This document shows positions 50,601 to 62,300 of a DNA stretch of 64,000 bases, in pieces (positions within the stretch are counted from its first letter, which is position 1; every line of letters begins with the position of its first letter). This stretch comes from Pavona decussata. Taxonomy: Eukaryota. The notes under the pieces were generated by a model. It saw only the letters and a list, made by a program, of their open reading frames with translations. It was not told the DNA's origin and ran no database searches. A program made the translations under genes and the position numbers. The stretch covers positions 248,001-312,000 of the forward strand of contig CDRNST010000053.1 of NCBI GenBank assembly GCA_977016875.1, given 5' to 3'.

Positions 50601-50745
50601 AAGCGGCGATGTCGACGTTGAGCCTATCCAACTCTCTGCTGGTGACAGCTGTCTTGCGTAGTCAATCAGTGTCGCGTATATTCTTGGTCAGGCCAGTCAG
50701 CATCGTTCGAACATTCCAGCTTCCAAGGGTAAGAGCTTCTTCAAG
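47640..50745 (-). pseudogene. RTE APE-endonuclease/reverse-transcriptase ORF, frameshifted (approximate ends)
   Basis: LTLGSWNVRTM, DIAALQE, LSVYAP, GDFNAKVG, GKAPGQDGIP, YRGISLL, QCGF, KAFDLV, GVKQGCVL, LFADD, RLRWLGHVRRM spread over several frames. Confidence 0.92.
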
Positions 50746-51077
50746 TAGATCCTTAATTATTAGGTGATAGTGTCGCAGTCCACTTGTCAGTCTGTTTCCA
50801 AGCTTAAGTCCTGCTCACCCCAGCAAGATAGGTGGAAGGCGGCGGGAAAGCACCTTATTGACTGGGGGCTGCCCAGTTTTAGAAGGAGATAGCTATCCAG
50901 AAGGGTTAAACAGCCCCTCCCACTGTCCAGAGTGACCCCTGGCGTCTGGCTCTATGCCAATCAATCCATGACTTAGAAACCGGTAACTACCACTCCCCGG
51001 TTTGATTCCGTTCTGAGCAGAGCCGTGCGACATGCTGAAGTTGGCTCTCCAGGCGCTAGCCTGTTCGATGTGTATGG

Positions 51078-51479
51078 TGTTTAGTTTCAAAATGAACAAA
51101 CTTGGACTTGACTTTGTTTACGTTTTATTTTTATTTCACATTTCGTGACCGTAACATAAAGTAGCGAGTATTCTGATCATGTGATCTTAGTGAGTTTTCA
51201 GCGAAGCACGTGCTTGAATGTGTGTTGAGAATCTTCGCAGTTTATAAGCAAGTCGTCGTTTAAATCCGCACAAAATGTAAGTGTCTTTGCACCTTTAGTT
51301 TGTCTTTCGCCTTTTCTTTAAGTTTATTTTGTATTGTCCTTTATTTTCTTTAGTTTTCACCGGTAGTGACAATGTTGTGAAATCGCTCGCCATGATGCTG
51401 TAAACAAGTAAATGCAGAGATACATGAGAATAGAGTGTTAACAACCCAACCGCGTCGAATTATTTGTGCAAACCCAACA
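51078..51479 (+). repeat. BEL 5' LTR
   Basis: Direct repeat of 57919-58320, two substitutions seen. Confidence 0.97.
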
Positions 51480-51553
51480 CTGTGAAAAATTTTTGGTTAG
51501 CAAGGCGACGATTTGAAGGACATTGCCGTTTTGCTCGGCTTTTGCGAGAAGTA

Positions 51554-54500
51554 ATGGAACCCTCGAGTGGTGGCATTGGAGAGTCGAAGACTAGTGGACC
51601 GGACCGCGGGACTGAGGATCGAGGAACTGGCCGGATTGAATCAGGTGGGGAAATTAATTTAATGGGCCTTGGAACAAACCTAATGGCTAACACAAATGAA
51701 GATTTTCCTGTTGACATCGGGGCCGCTGCCTTTGCATTACCTCCTGAGGTCTTAAGGCCCCCGCTAGCTCGAGGAGCCTTTGGTTACTCACTACGTCAAA
51801 ATCCCCTTCCAAATACTCAAATAGATTTTAGTGAAGTCATCCGTCAGCGAGAAATAAGTGAACAGCACAGACTAGCATCTTCTTGGAACAAAATCGCTGA
51901 CTATGTTGCAACTGAAACTCAGCAATTACGTACATGTCTCTACACTAATTGGGACGTCCTATCTGCTGGTCGAATGGTAGAAAGTGTCACTCGTGCTTGG
52001 AAATCTTTTGAGGAAATTCATTCAAGGTATCTTCCGTGCATAAATCAGAGGAAACGTCTACAAGAGGTCGAGGAAAGGTTCAGATCCCTAAAGGAGACAG
52101 TTATAAGCTTATTTGAGCAAGAAGAGCGAATGCGAACGGATCACGAAGCCCCCAAACATGACGATGAAATTTCTGTCAAAAGTGAGAAGTCACAAGGCAG
52201 CTCTGTGTCCTCTAAGGCATCATCTCGTAAGAAAGAGAAGCTAAGAGCCGCGCTTCTGGCCAAGAAGAAAGTGGAGCTAGCAAAACGAAGAGCTGAAGAG
52301 GATGCTGAGCTGGCCAGGCAAAAGGCACGAATGGAATTGAGGCGATTGGAGGACGAGGCTGCTTTAGCCGAACTGGACTGGAAGATCGAAAGGGACTATG
52401 ATGAAGACACTGGTCAGCTTGAGACCGTCGACGAAATTGAGAAAACACACCTCAACAGCTGCGAAGGTCCACCCAAAGGTTCCGAGTCAGAAAGGCAAGA
52501 GCTTCCAAAGTCAACCCCACGTAAGACCGAGAAAACCTTGGGCATCTCACCTGTAGATCACTCTACCCCCTCTGATAAAATACCAACATCCTCCAAGTCG
52601 GTTCATTTGCCCAGTTACTCCACTGTAGAAGAGTCTAAAAGGGAGGTGCCGCATGTCTCCAACCATACACCCATACAACACTCGCCTCAAGGTTTATTTC
52701 AGTCCAGGACAAAGCCTGATCCAGACACCAGAAGAGAGGAGACCACCCCAAAGGACCACGTTGCAGCCATGTGGAAGGTTCAACTGCTAAATGGCATTAC
52801 GCCTACACAGTTTAATGGGAATCCAGCCGACTTCCCTTTCTTTCGAGAGCAGACCCGCACTCATCTTGAGAGTGAACTTCTAACCGACGCGCAGCGAATC
52901 GAGTACCTGCCAAAGTTTCTGAAAGGTGAAGCTCTGGAAGTCATCGAACGAAACAGAGGCTGCTCCTACAAAGACCTCATAAAGACTCTAGAGGATCGTT
53001 TCGGTAAACCCATCCAAGTTTCACAAGCCTGCATTGACGGTTTGGTATCTGGTCCCAAGCTTGCCCCAGGGGACAATGTGAGTTTACTGAACTTTGCTGA
53101 GAAGCTGAATACAGCGACAAAGATCCTGAAAGGTGATGTTGAGCATGAGGCTAGTGTGGCTACCAACCTGAGGAGAATTGTAAGCAGACTTCCGAACGAC
53201 CTTGTTGCAAAGTGGCAAACTGAAAATTATGAGATCGTAAATCGTGGCAGGTCCGCTCGCTTACAGGATATCGCGAAATTTGTTATGAGACAAGCGTCGA
53301 TAAGAAACGACCCAATCTTTGGGCCACAGAGGCAAAGGAGGGAGAATAGTGAAGACAAGGATACCCGGAATTCATCCAGGATTAAGAAACCACCACCTCC
53401 CAGGGACTCTACTATTTCATCAACTAAAATTGGAAGGCCACCAGAACCTCCCAGGGACTCCACAGTACCACCTGCTAAATCTGAAAGGCCCCCAGAGACA
53501 GGAAATCACATCAAATGCTCAATCTGCAAATCCACACCCCATCGTCTGCAGGATTGCCCAATCATTAAGCAGTGCGATCGTGTAGCAGTAAGGCGACAGT
53601 ATGCAGCCTCCTACGGGTTCTGCTTTAACTGTGGTTGTCACAACCCAACCCATAGTGGCACTACTTGTCCGGATCCCCCAGCCTGCTCCAAGTGTCCTGG
53701 GCATCATCTGACACTTTTACACAAGGAAAACAGCAATGGACGTCGTTTCCGGCCGAGAACCAATAATGGCGTAAGCAGTAATCACAACCAAGCAAATTCC
53801 CGTTCTGCTACGGTACCTCCACAGCAACAAAGCATGGGATCTGGTGCAGCACCACAAACCACCAACATCCATCAGGCCTCAGTGAGCTCGAGAGAGGTTT
53901 TTGCCCCGCAAGGTCGAGTCCTGTTAAATGTGGTTCCTGTGACTATCACGGCTGAGGATGGCAATTCCCTCTCCACGTACGGGTTTCTAGATAATGGCTG
54001 CACTGACACTCTTATTGATCGTCAGCTTGCGGATCAGCTTAATCTGGAAGGAACTTTGCAACGAATTGGCATCAAGACTATCAGGAGAAGTGAGGAATCA
54101 ATAGAAAGTGAACGGGTGTCGTTCACCCTCGGTCCCGTGGATGGGTGCGGTAGATGTATTGAAGTCAATGAAGCCTACGTACTCCCAGATCTCAATCAGT
54201 CAGGGCAGATTTTACCGGATTCTGTTGACGTTTCGAAGTATCCACACCTGCAAGACCTGACATTCCCAGAAGTTGACATTAAGCGAGTATCCATAATCAT
54301 AGGAAGCAATGTACCTGCTGCCCATTTGCAAGATGAAGTCAGGGTCCCACCAGACAACAACGGTCCTTTTGGTTACCGGTTTCCGCTTGGCTGGAGTATT
54401 GCAGGGCCTTTAACTTGCGGCGACAAAGGGAAAACATCAGTCAACTTCCTTTCGGTGGGCATGGAAGATCAGATGGAACGCTTCTGGAAAATTGAGGATT

Positions 54501-57500
54501 ACGGAGCCTCAAAGTCAGATGATAAGCCACTGTCAATCGAGGACAAGCGAGCCTTAAAAATTCTTGAGGACACAACAAGAATCGTAGATGGCCATTATGA
54601 AGTCGGTCTCTTGTGGAAAGAAGATCAGCCGCAACTACCAAACAACCGTACTCTGGCTGAAAAACGAGTCGAACTGCTAAGGCGCCGGCTAACAAAACCA
54701 GGAAATGAGGAAATGGCTGCAAAGTACAGAGCAGTTATGACTGAGTACATATCAAAGGGATATGCCCGCAAGCTTACCCCTGAAGAAGCAGCTAAAGAGA
54801 TCTCACACACCTGGTACTTACCCCATCATCCAGTGATGAACCCGAACAAACCTGGGAAACTTCGCATAGTCTTTGATGCTGCAGCAGAGTATGAAGGCAC
54901 ATCACTTAACAAAAGTCTTCTCCAAGGCCCAGACGTGACCAATAGCCTCGTTGGAGTACTGCTACGTTTTCGCCAAGGGAAGGTTGGCCTAGCTGCCGAT
55001 GTGGAGGCAATGTTCCATCAGGTGCGCGTCCGCAAAGAAGATCAAGATGCTCTGCGTTTCCTATGGTGGACTAACGACTACAGTCAGCATCCAGACGTTT
55101 ATGTTATGGAGGTACACATCTTCGGGGCCACTTCATCCCCATGTGTTGCCAACTCTGTCCTGAGGAGAACTGCCACTGATAACTCAAAGAAATTCAGTCC
55201 AGAAGTTGCAGCAGTTGTTGAGAAGAACTTCTATGTTGACGACGCGCTACCGTCATTTAGCAGCAACACCTTAGCAACCAGAATGGCAACAGACCTCGCC
55301 GAAATGTTAGATCATGGTGGTTTTCGCCTAACGAAGTTCATGTCCAACAGCAAAGAAGTTTTGTCCTCGATTCCTGTCCAAAGAAGAGCTACACCAAACC
55401 TGGACCTAAGGCTAGATGAATTGCCGGTGGAGAGGGCACTGGGTGTTCGTTGGTTTGTCGAGACTGATGAACTGGGGTTCGAGATCAAGAACCTGAACCG
55501 TCCTGAGACAAAGCGTGGAATCCTGTCTGCTGTCTGTTCATTGTACGACCCACTCGGATTTGCTGCGCCCGTAGCACTCACAGCAAGAGCTCTTATACAG
55601 GACATATGGAAGGCAAAGCTAGACTGGGACCAGCCATTGGAAGAACACTTCTTAAAGAGATGGAGATCTTGGACCACACAGCTGCCCTCCTTGTCCGAGC
55701 TCCGTATCCCACGCTACTACTTCCCTCCTGGAGTGGACCCGAAGAAATGCAGACTTCAGTTACATGTCTTCTCAGATGCCTCCGAAGTTGGATATGGCGC
55801 ATCAGCATACCTGAGGATTGTAGATCCAGATGACTCCATCCATTGCTCGTTTGTCATGGGAAAGGCAAGAAATGCTCCCATCAAGTTCACTAGCATCCCA
55901 AGGCTTGAATTGCAAGCAGCTGTCCTTGCCACGCGCCTAAACAAGATGTTGAGAGAAGAGCTCGATCTGCCCATACAGCAAACTAAGTACTGGACAGATA
56001 GCGAAATAGTGCTTCACTACCTGAAGAATGAGAAGCGCCGATTCCAAACCTATGTCGCCAATCGTGTGGAAGAGATTAGAGAAAACTCACATCCTAATGA
56101 CTGGAATCATGTACCAGGTGCCTTAAACCCAGCTGATGATGTCTCCCGTGGCTTGAACCCTTCAGATCTGAAATTTAACCAACGCTGGTTACGAGGACCA
56201 GAATTTCTCTGGCAGCCAGAATCCCTCTGGCCCACTGCAGACTGTAAGGAAGTCCCGGACGAAGCTTTAGAATTGAAGAAAGAAGCGCACGCCAATCATG
56301 TTGATGTAAGCATCCATTCTGTCGCTCAACAGACAGACTCCTCTGCATTGAGCCCGCTGAGCGTAACGGCCAAAGATGTCATGGATCGCATATTGAACAG
56401 TTGTTCTGATTGGAACCGGCTAAGACGTCGGGTTGCTTGGCTTATCCGCTTCGTCCATTTTCTTCGCAATCGAAAGACTACCCAGAGAGGCCACCTGACC
56501 CTTGAAGATTATGATGCAGCTACTATAGCCATCACGAGAATCGTTCAACTTTCTGCCTATCCTCAAGAAATTAAAGACCTAAAGGCCAAAGGTGCAGTGA
56601 GGCCGTCCAGCAGTATAGTTGCCCTGGACCCAATGCTTGATGACCATGGCGTTCTGAGAGTTAAAGGCCGCATAGTAAATCCACCCGTCGCTGATGCTGC
56701 TAGGAACCAAGCAATTCTACCGAGAGACCATCCCATAACAGCAGTGATTGTTCGCCATGTTCATGAGTCAATTGGCCACTTGGGGCGCGAGCACCTCATA
56801 TCAAGGGTGCGTGAGAAGCTGTGGATCCCTCAGATTAGAGTTCTTGTTCGTTCCATCCTTGGGCGATGCCTTCGTTGTAAAAGGTTGAATGCCAGACAAA
56901 TAGTTCAGCAAATGGCACCCCTTCCAAGAAGCCGCATGATGGCTTACCAGCCTCCGTTCTCGTACTCAGGAATGGATCTGTTTGGTCCCCTCCAAGTGAA
57001 GCATGGCAGAGGTACAGCAAAGCGCTGGTGTTGTCTGTTCACATGTTTGAATACTCGTGCTGTTCACCTCGAATTAGTCCAGTCAATGAACACAGATGAC
57101 TTCATAATGTGCCTAAGGAGATTCATCAATCGCCGTGGAGAGGTTTCAGAATTAAGATGTGATAGAGGATCCAACTTTGTAGGAGCGGAACGAGAACTGA
57201 GAGAAGAGATCAAGCAGTGGGATCAGCAGAAAATTGACCGTGAGCTACTTCAGCGTGGATGCAAGTGGATTTTCCAGCCGCCAACTGCCTCTAGCATGTC
57301 AGGAATTTGGGAACGTCTTGTGCGCAGTGCTAAGACTGTCCTGAAGGCAATCCTTGGAACCCAAATGGTCTCTGAGCCGGTCCTCCAAACCCTTCTGACG
57401 GAAGTTGAGCGGGTACTAAATGGTCGGGCTCTGACAGCTAATTCTGATGACCCGAATGACCTCCAGCCACTCACGCCTGCGCACTTCGTGATGCAAAGGA

Positions 57501-57874
57501 AAACAATCTGCCTTCCTCCAGGTGTGTTTCAACCGGCGGACCAGTACAGAAGGAAATGGAAGCAAGTTCAATTCCTTGCCGACCTGTTTTGGAAGAGGTG
57601 GTTGCGCGAATATTTGCCGACACTGCAAGTTCGAGGGAAATGGCACAGAGCCCTACCTAACCTGAAGCCAAACGCCCTGGTTTTGTTGATGGATGACAGT
57701 GCACCTAGAGGGTATTGGAGTCTGGGCCGAGTTCTGGAGGTCTACCCTGGCTCTGACGGGATGGTGAGGACGGTTAAGGTCAAGACTAAAGACTCTGTCT
57801 ATATTCGGCCGATCCAGAAGCTGTGCCTTCTGGAAAATGACCTTGATAGTGCTAAAGCTTTAACTGTGAACTAG
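51554..57874 (+). CDS. BEL/Pao Gag-Pol polyprotein (Gag, 3 Zn knuckles, protease, RT, RNase H, integrase)
   Basis: First ATG at 51554. Motifs: FNGNPADF; CSIC..H..C, CFNC..H..C and CSKC..HH..LLH; FLDNG; RIVFDA..GTSLN..GP; FYVDD; LHVFSDAS; WTDS; H-H-C-C; DLFGP, CDRGSNF and WERLV; WKRWLREYL. PR-RT-RH-INT order. Confidence 0.97.
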   Translation: MEPSSGGIGESKTSGPDRGTEDRGTGRIESGGEINLMGLGTNLMANTNEDFPVDIGAAAFALPPEVLRPPLARGAFGYSLRQNPLPNTQIDFSEVIRQREISEQHRLASSWNKIADYVATETQQLRTCLYTNWDVLSAGRMVESVTRAWKSFEEIHSRYLPCINQRKRLQEVEERFRSLKETVISLFEQEERMRTDHEAPKHDDEISVKSEKSQGSSVSSKASSRKKEKLRAALLAKKKVELAKRRAEEDAELARQKARMELRRLEDEAALAELDWKIERDYDEDTGQLETVDEIEKTHLNSCEGPPKGSESERQELPKSTPRKTEKTLGISPVDHSTPSDKIPTSSKSVHLPSYSTVEESKREVPHVSNHTPIQHSPQGLFQSRTKPDPDTRREETTPKDHVAAMWKVQLLNGITPTQFNGNPADFPFFREQTRTHLESELLTDAQRIEYLPKFLKGEALEVIERNRGCSYKDLIKTLEDRFGKPIQVSQACIDGLVSGPKLAPGDNVSLLNFAEKLNTATKILKGDVEHEASVATNLRRIVSRLPNDLVAKWQTENYEIVNRGRSARLQDIAKFVMRQASIRNDPIFGPQRQRRENSEDKDTRNSSRIKKPPPPRDSTISSTKIGRPPEPPRDSTVPPAKSERPPETGNHIKCSICKSTPHRLQDCPIIKQCDRVAVRRQYAASYGFCFNCGCHNPTHSGTTCPDPPACSKCPGHHLTLLHKENSNGRRFRPRTNNGVSSNHNQANSRSATVPPQQQSMGSGAAPQTTNIHQASVSSREVFAPQGRVLLNVVPVTITAEDGNSLSTYGFLDNGCTDTLIDRQLADQLNLEGTLQRIGIKTIRRSEESIESERVSFTLGPVDGCGRCIEVNEAYVLPDLNQSGQILPDSVDVSKYPHLQDLTFPEVDIKRVSIIIGSNVPAAHLQDEVRVPPDNNGPFGYRFPLGWSIAGPLTCGDKGKTSVNFLSVGMEDQMERFWKIEDYGASKSDDKPLSIEDKRALKILEDTTRIVDGHYEVGLLWKEDQPQLPNNRTLAEKRVELLRRRLTKPGNEEMAAKYRAVMTEYISKGYARKLTPEEAAKEISHTWYLPHHPVMNPNKPGKLRIVFDAAAEYEGTSLNKSLLQGPDVTNSLVGVLLRFRQGKVGLAADVEAMFHQVRVRKEDQDALRFLWWTNDYSQHPDVYVMEVHIFGATSSPCVANSVLRRTATDNSKKFSPEVAAVVEKNFYVDDALPSFSSNTLATRMATDLAEMLDHGGFRLTKFMSNSKEVLSSIPVQRRATPNLDLRLDELPVERALGVRWFVETDELGFEIKNLNRPETKRGILSAVCSLYDPLGFAAPVALTARALIQDIWKAKLDWDQPLEEHFLKRWRSWTTQLPSLSELRIPRYYFPPGVDPKKCRLQLHVFSDASEVGYGASAYLRIVDPDDSIHCSFVMGKARNAPIKFTSIPRLELQAAVLATRLNKMLREELDLPIQQTKYWTDSEIVLHYLKNEKRRFQTYVANRVEEIRENSHPNDWNHVPGALNPADDVSRGLNPSDLKFNQRWLRGPEFLWQPESLWPTADCKEVPDEALELKKEAHANHVDVSIHSVAQQTDSSALSPLSVTAKDVMDRILNSCSDWNRLRRRVAWLIRFVHFLRNRKTTQRGHLTLEDYDAATIAITRIVQLSAYPQEIKDLKAKGAVRPSSSIVALDPMLDDHGVLRVKGRIVNPPVADAARNQAILPRDHPITAVIVRHVHESIGHLGREHLISRVREKLWIPQIRVLVRSILGRCLRCKRLNARQIVQQMAPLPRSRMMAYQPPFSYSGMDLFGPLQVKHGRGTAKRWCCLFTCLNTRAVHLELVQSMNTDDFIMCLRRFINRRGEVSELRCDRGSNFVGAERELREEIKQWDQQKIDRELLQRGCKWIFQPPTASSMSGIWERLVRSAKTVLKAILGTQMVSEPVLQTLLTEVERVLNGRALTANSDDPNDLQPLTPAHFVMQRKTICLPPGVFQPADQYRRKWKQVQFLADLFWKRWLREYLPTLQVRGKWHRALPNLKPNALVLLMDDSAPRGYWSLGRVLEVYPGSDGMVRTVKVKTKDSVYIRPIQKLCLLENDLDSAKALTVN

Positions 57875-57918
57875 AGACGTTGGGCGTCCTAAGTCGGATC
57901 GTCCCAAGGCGGGCGGAA

Positions 57919-58320
57919 TGTTTAGTTTCAAAATGAACAAACTTGGACTTGACTTTGTTTACGTTTTATTTTTATTTCACATTTCGTGACCGTAACATAA
58001 AGTAGCGAGTATTTTGATCATGTGATCTTAGTGAGTTTTCAGCGAAGCACGTGCTTGAATGTGTGTTGAGAATCTTCGCAGTTTATAAGCAAGTCGTCGT
58101 TTAAATCCGCACAAAATGTAAGTTTCTTTGCACCTTTAGTTTGTCTTTCGCCTTTTCTTTAAGTTTATTTTGTATTGTCCTTTATTTTCTTTAGTTTTCA
58201 CCGGTAGTGACAATGTTGTGAAATCGCTCGCCATGATGCTGTAAACAAGTAAATGCAGAGATACATGAGAATAGAGTGTTAACAACCCAACCGCGTCGAA
58301 TTATTTGTGCAAACCCAACA
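57919..58320 (+). repeat. BEL 3' LTR
   Basis: Direct repeat of 51078-51479. Confidence 0.97.
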
Positions 58321-59364
58321 TATGGAGAGACTGGTTTGCCCATGTCCCAGAATCCCCCTCTCGGTCTTGCTGGTAGAGTGCGAAGGAAAGGCGTAGCCAG
58401 TATGTTCGGGACCAGGTCGACTGCAGGAGTTGCCAGTTACCGATATACCATCAGACTGCCTTATGGGGCTCCACTCCGGTTTTTCTGTCGGGGTTTACTC
58501 CCTTAGCCTTTGGCCATCCCTAGCCACCACAAGGCAGTGGGACCGTATCCGTGGTCATGGGAGGTTAAGGGTGTGCTAACACTTGCCCAAGGTGTCCACC
58601 CAGGTTAGTGGAGGGAAGGAGGCGCCCTGCTGCTCCATTCTAGATCGGCTCCAAGCAAGGTCTAGCTCACGACCTACGAGATGCATAACCAGGAGCTCAA
58701 GGTTGTAGATTACAAGTATTACAAGTGAAAACGTGGTTTTATTAGATTGACTCCTGCAATAGAATATACTCTATCTCTGTACGTATTCTCAAGCATATTA
58801 AAGCCTGACCCACTTAATAATTTGGCATTTTTTTGTTTGGAGGGGAAGTAGTTGTCCAATCTTCTTAAAATTGGGAATCATTTTGTTATTGGTGTCCTTA
58901 CTGATCCTACGTGTTTTGTTTTATTAAGTTTTAGTCACTGGACCTGAAAACGACTTACAGCATTTATAATTAAAATGGGGTACAGAAAGCTAACATCATT
59001 TTTTTGTTACTTTTTCGATGACACCTGGAAAGGCCTTTATCATTCCCCCTTTTAATAATTTTGATGTCTAAGTGCTAATAGTAACGGTAAATAAATTAAA
59101 ATAGGTCACGTGGCATGATAAATGTCGAACTTTCTTAAAAGGTAAATGAGAGGTACTATCTCAAAAAGCGGAGATACATAGGCACACTTGAACTAAACAT
59201 TTTAATGCAAAATTTTTCAAAATTTTGGAGGATAAATGTTCCCCATTTTCAAAAACTAGTTATGTGACATCATCAGCCAAGGAAAGTCATGTGACACTTA
59301 GGAACACTTTTTTTTCATCAAGGAAAATCAAACCGTTTATTAAATGAATTTCCTTTCGTCGTGC

Positions 59365-62300
59365 AAGTTCTTTTATCAACTGAGATTAGGAGTTCTTTAA
59401 TCCAAGCCTATAGTTACTTGAGTTGAGGTTAGCAACAGGCTAATTGAGCAACCGACTGTATCAGGATCTCAGATAGAGATGCGAGTTTTTTGTATCATAG
59501 TCTAAACTTGTACAGTGGAACCCCGTTAATACGACCACCTTCGGGCCGCGAAAATGCGGTCGTAATAACGGGCTGGTCGGACTAACGAGGTTGTAATTCT
59601 AAGGAAATGACTGGAATTTCAATACATTTGGAGCACGCCACCGAAAACTTAACTCGTGCCACCCGAGTACACAAAACGAGACCGAGGACAATAACTCGTG
59701 GCCTGAAGTCTTATCTCTCGGCCCATCGCGACCAAAAATATAAAAAAGAATTTGATAATGCTACCGAAACCTTAACTCGTGCCGCCTCACAGCCCGAGTA
59801 ATGAGAGTAGACTTGTTCATTCTTTATGATAAGCTACTGGCCAAGTGTTGCACTGGTAACTAACAAAAGTGCACGATCGATTGATCAACCATGAAGTAAT
59901 CTTTCTGAGTCATATCCGAAAACAATAAGTTTTCTTTGTCATAAGAGATTGCTTTGGAACTAAACCAAAACATTTGTCTGTTTGTTCTGTGGTGTACGTT
60001 ATATTAATTAATGAATTTTATTTTCATTTTTCTATTAATTTCAGCACAAATGATACTCATTGATGCGGAGGCCATAGGCTTTAAGTGTAACCTTGACACC
60101 AGTATAAAGGCACAAAACACATCGTGAACACTTGCACAGTTATTTAATCCTTTTCCCGTTTTATTTTTATTATTATTTTTTCCATCCTGAAAAACGAATT
60201 CAATGAAAGCACAAGTTCAGCCTGCAGCGTGTTCCCTCCAAGCTGATTAAATCGCTTATCGATAACCATCAGACGATATATAATCAATCAAGTGTCAAGC
60301 AAAATAGTAAGGAAAAAAAACAACCTTCGATGACGTTTTCTGAAAACCCGTTTTGCTATCAATCTGACACTGACAAACAGGAATGAAACGTCATCAAATG
60401 CTTCTGATTTTCTTGCTGCTTACTATGTTCCCTTTGGATACCACATACATAGTGTTATTAACTGGGGGCCGTAGACAGAAGTATGAAAGTATGCCCTGAT
60501 TATGTAAATCACGATTGATTGTATAGGTTTGTGTTAACAGGAAATGGCAAATAACGCTTACTCTTTTTGTCCAAAATAACCGGCGAAAGAAGCTTAATAT
60601 CAAGATTACTGTCAGTTCATCCACTGCTCCACGATCATCGATTGTACTTGTGCTGGGAACCGGAGAATCAAAACCTTTTTAAGTTTGTGCTTACGCTTCA
60701 GTGCTTGAATTGGTTCGTCTGGGTTAATGTGGTGTAGCCTGTCTGCTTCTGTTAGCAGTTGTGTAAGCAACGATCATAGGCGAACTTGACCGACTAGTTC
60801 TTGCAACTGAGTTAAAATAGTTATTTCCTCATCAAAAAAGTTGCTTACCTCTCTGTCTTGAGAAACTCATTATCGTTGTTTATCAGTCGAGAAGCCAACC
60901 TAATGGGTCTCTACGCATCTGACTTTTCTCAAGTGATCAGGTCTTTCGTAGCCAAAACATAGTGAAATAACCATCGATTATTGGTTACGAAAAACCGCTT
61001 AACAAAAGAAACAACATCCTTTTGTCATAATAGTTATAATTACTAGTTTGCTGCACTATTATGTGGCATAAGTGTTGATCGTCTGACAAACGATTACTCC
61101 CAGTTATGATTTCAAACCACGATGAGTAACACCTTCCATGGCAATCTCTTGTCATTGCTCAGATAATACGTAGGTTACAATGATAAATCAAATTTTTAAG
61201 CGAGATTTTTTTATAGTTCCTTATAATCTGCTGGGGGTCTTTTAAGGATTTCAGTTACTTGAGTTGAGGTTAGCAACAGGCTCATTTAGCAACCGACTGT
61301 ATGGAGATCTCAGATAGAGATGCGAGTCATGCGAGTTTTTTTATATCATAGTCTAAATTCTATGAGCTTTAAGGTTGTCTAACTTTCTACCTTTGACATG
61401 TTTCAGCGATTCACTCCACCGCGTAACTTATGTTTTGTAACTTGCAACACAATGCTCTTCGGCATAGATCAAAAGGGGAGCCGATCTGACCCCATAAATG
61501 GATAGCATCATGCGCGAATAAATAGTTTGCATCAAAGCGGTAGTCATACCCCTTGCCCACGCGCACGAAGGAAAGAAGTTCATGCAATCTTGTTTTTGAG
61601 CGCGTTTCTGATGCGGGGAAATTATCAAATCCGCTTTAAGTAGAAAATAGAAAATCTAATATAAACTACAGTACTAATCAAAGATTAGGGGGTGGGTTTG
61701 ATATTCTCGATCCCAGGACCTCAGCCAAGTTCTCTTTGCCAAGTTGGTTGTGATGTCATCCGCCCCTGCATAATCTGCGGGGATGCCAGATACGCGTCCC
61801 AAGATTCATTGATTTGTTGATTGTCCATACAATCTCGACTCCAAACACAATTAGGAGTGCGTTCTTTCTATGTCGAACGTAACAATACCAAGATCTTATA
61901 AATACTTTTTTCTTTTTGGATAAAAGAAATAAGACTTGCTCATTGAATATGATCAGTTACTGGCCAAGTATTGCACTGGTAACTAATAAGAGTGCGCAAT
62001 CGATTGATCAACCATGAATTAATTATCTTTGTCATGAGAGATTGCTTTGGAATGAAATCAAAACATTTGTCTGTTTGTTCTGTGGTGTACGTTGTATTAA
62101 TTGATGAATTTTATTTTCATTTTTTCCGTTGATTTCAGCTCAAATGATACTCATTGATGCGGAGGCCATAGGCTTTAAGTGCAACCTTGCCACCAGTATT
62201 AAAGGACAAAACACATCGCACTGTTATTTAACCCTTTTTCCAATTTTATTTTTATTATTTTTTATTTCATCGTGGAAAGCGAATTCAACGCAAGCTCAAG

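Larger units (their letters stand above)
51078..58320 (+). mobile_element. Intact BEL/Pao LTR retrotransposon
   Basis: 402-bp LTRs (TG...CA) at 51078-51479 and 57919-58320; 5-bp TSD TATGG at 51073-77 and 58321-25; purine-rich tract before the 3' LTR; single uninterrupted gag-pol ORF. Confidence 0.98.
47601..58668 (-). mobile_element. Full-length decayed RTE-clade LINE (~3.8 kb), split in its 5' UTR by the BEL element
   Basis: 8-bp TSD ACGACCTA at 47593-600 and 58669-76; APE and RT remnants; the 5' UTR continues across the BEL TSD. Confidence 0.9.

Noticed and set aside
51464-51553. ORF-track start of the 2136-aa polyprotein
   Set aside because: TTG start inside the LTR; the first ATG is at 51554.
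52212-57646. Many short ORFs overlapping the BEL polyprotein
   Set aside because: Shadow frames of a long coding region.
58575-58616. Twister-ribozyme-like string ctaacact...agtggaggg on the + strand
   Set aside because: P2 and GAG fit, but there is no P4/L4 or P1 pairing, and it is antisense to the RTE.
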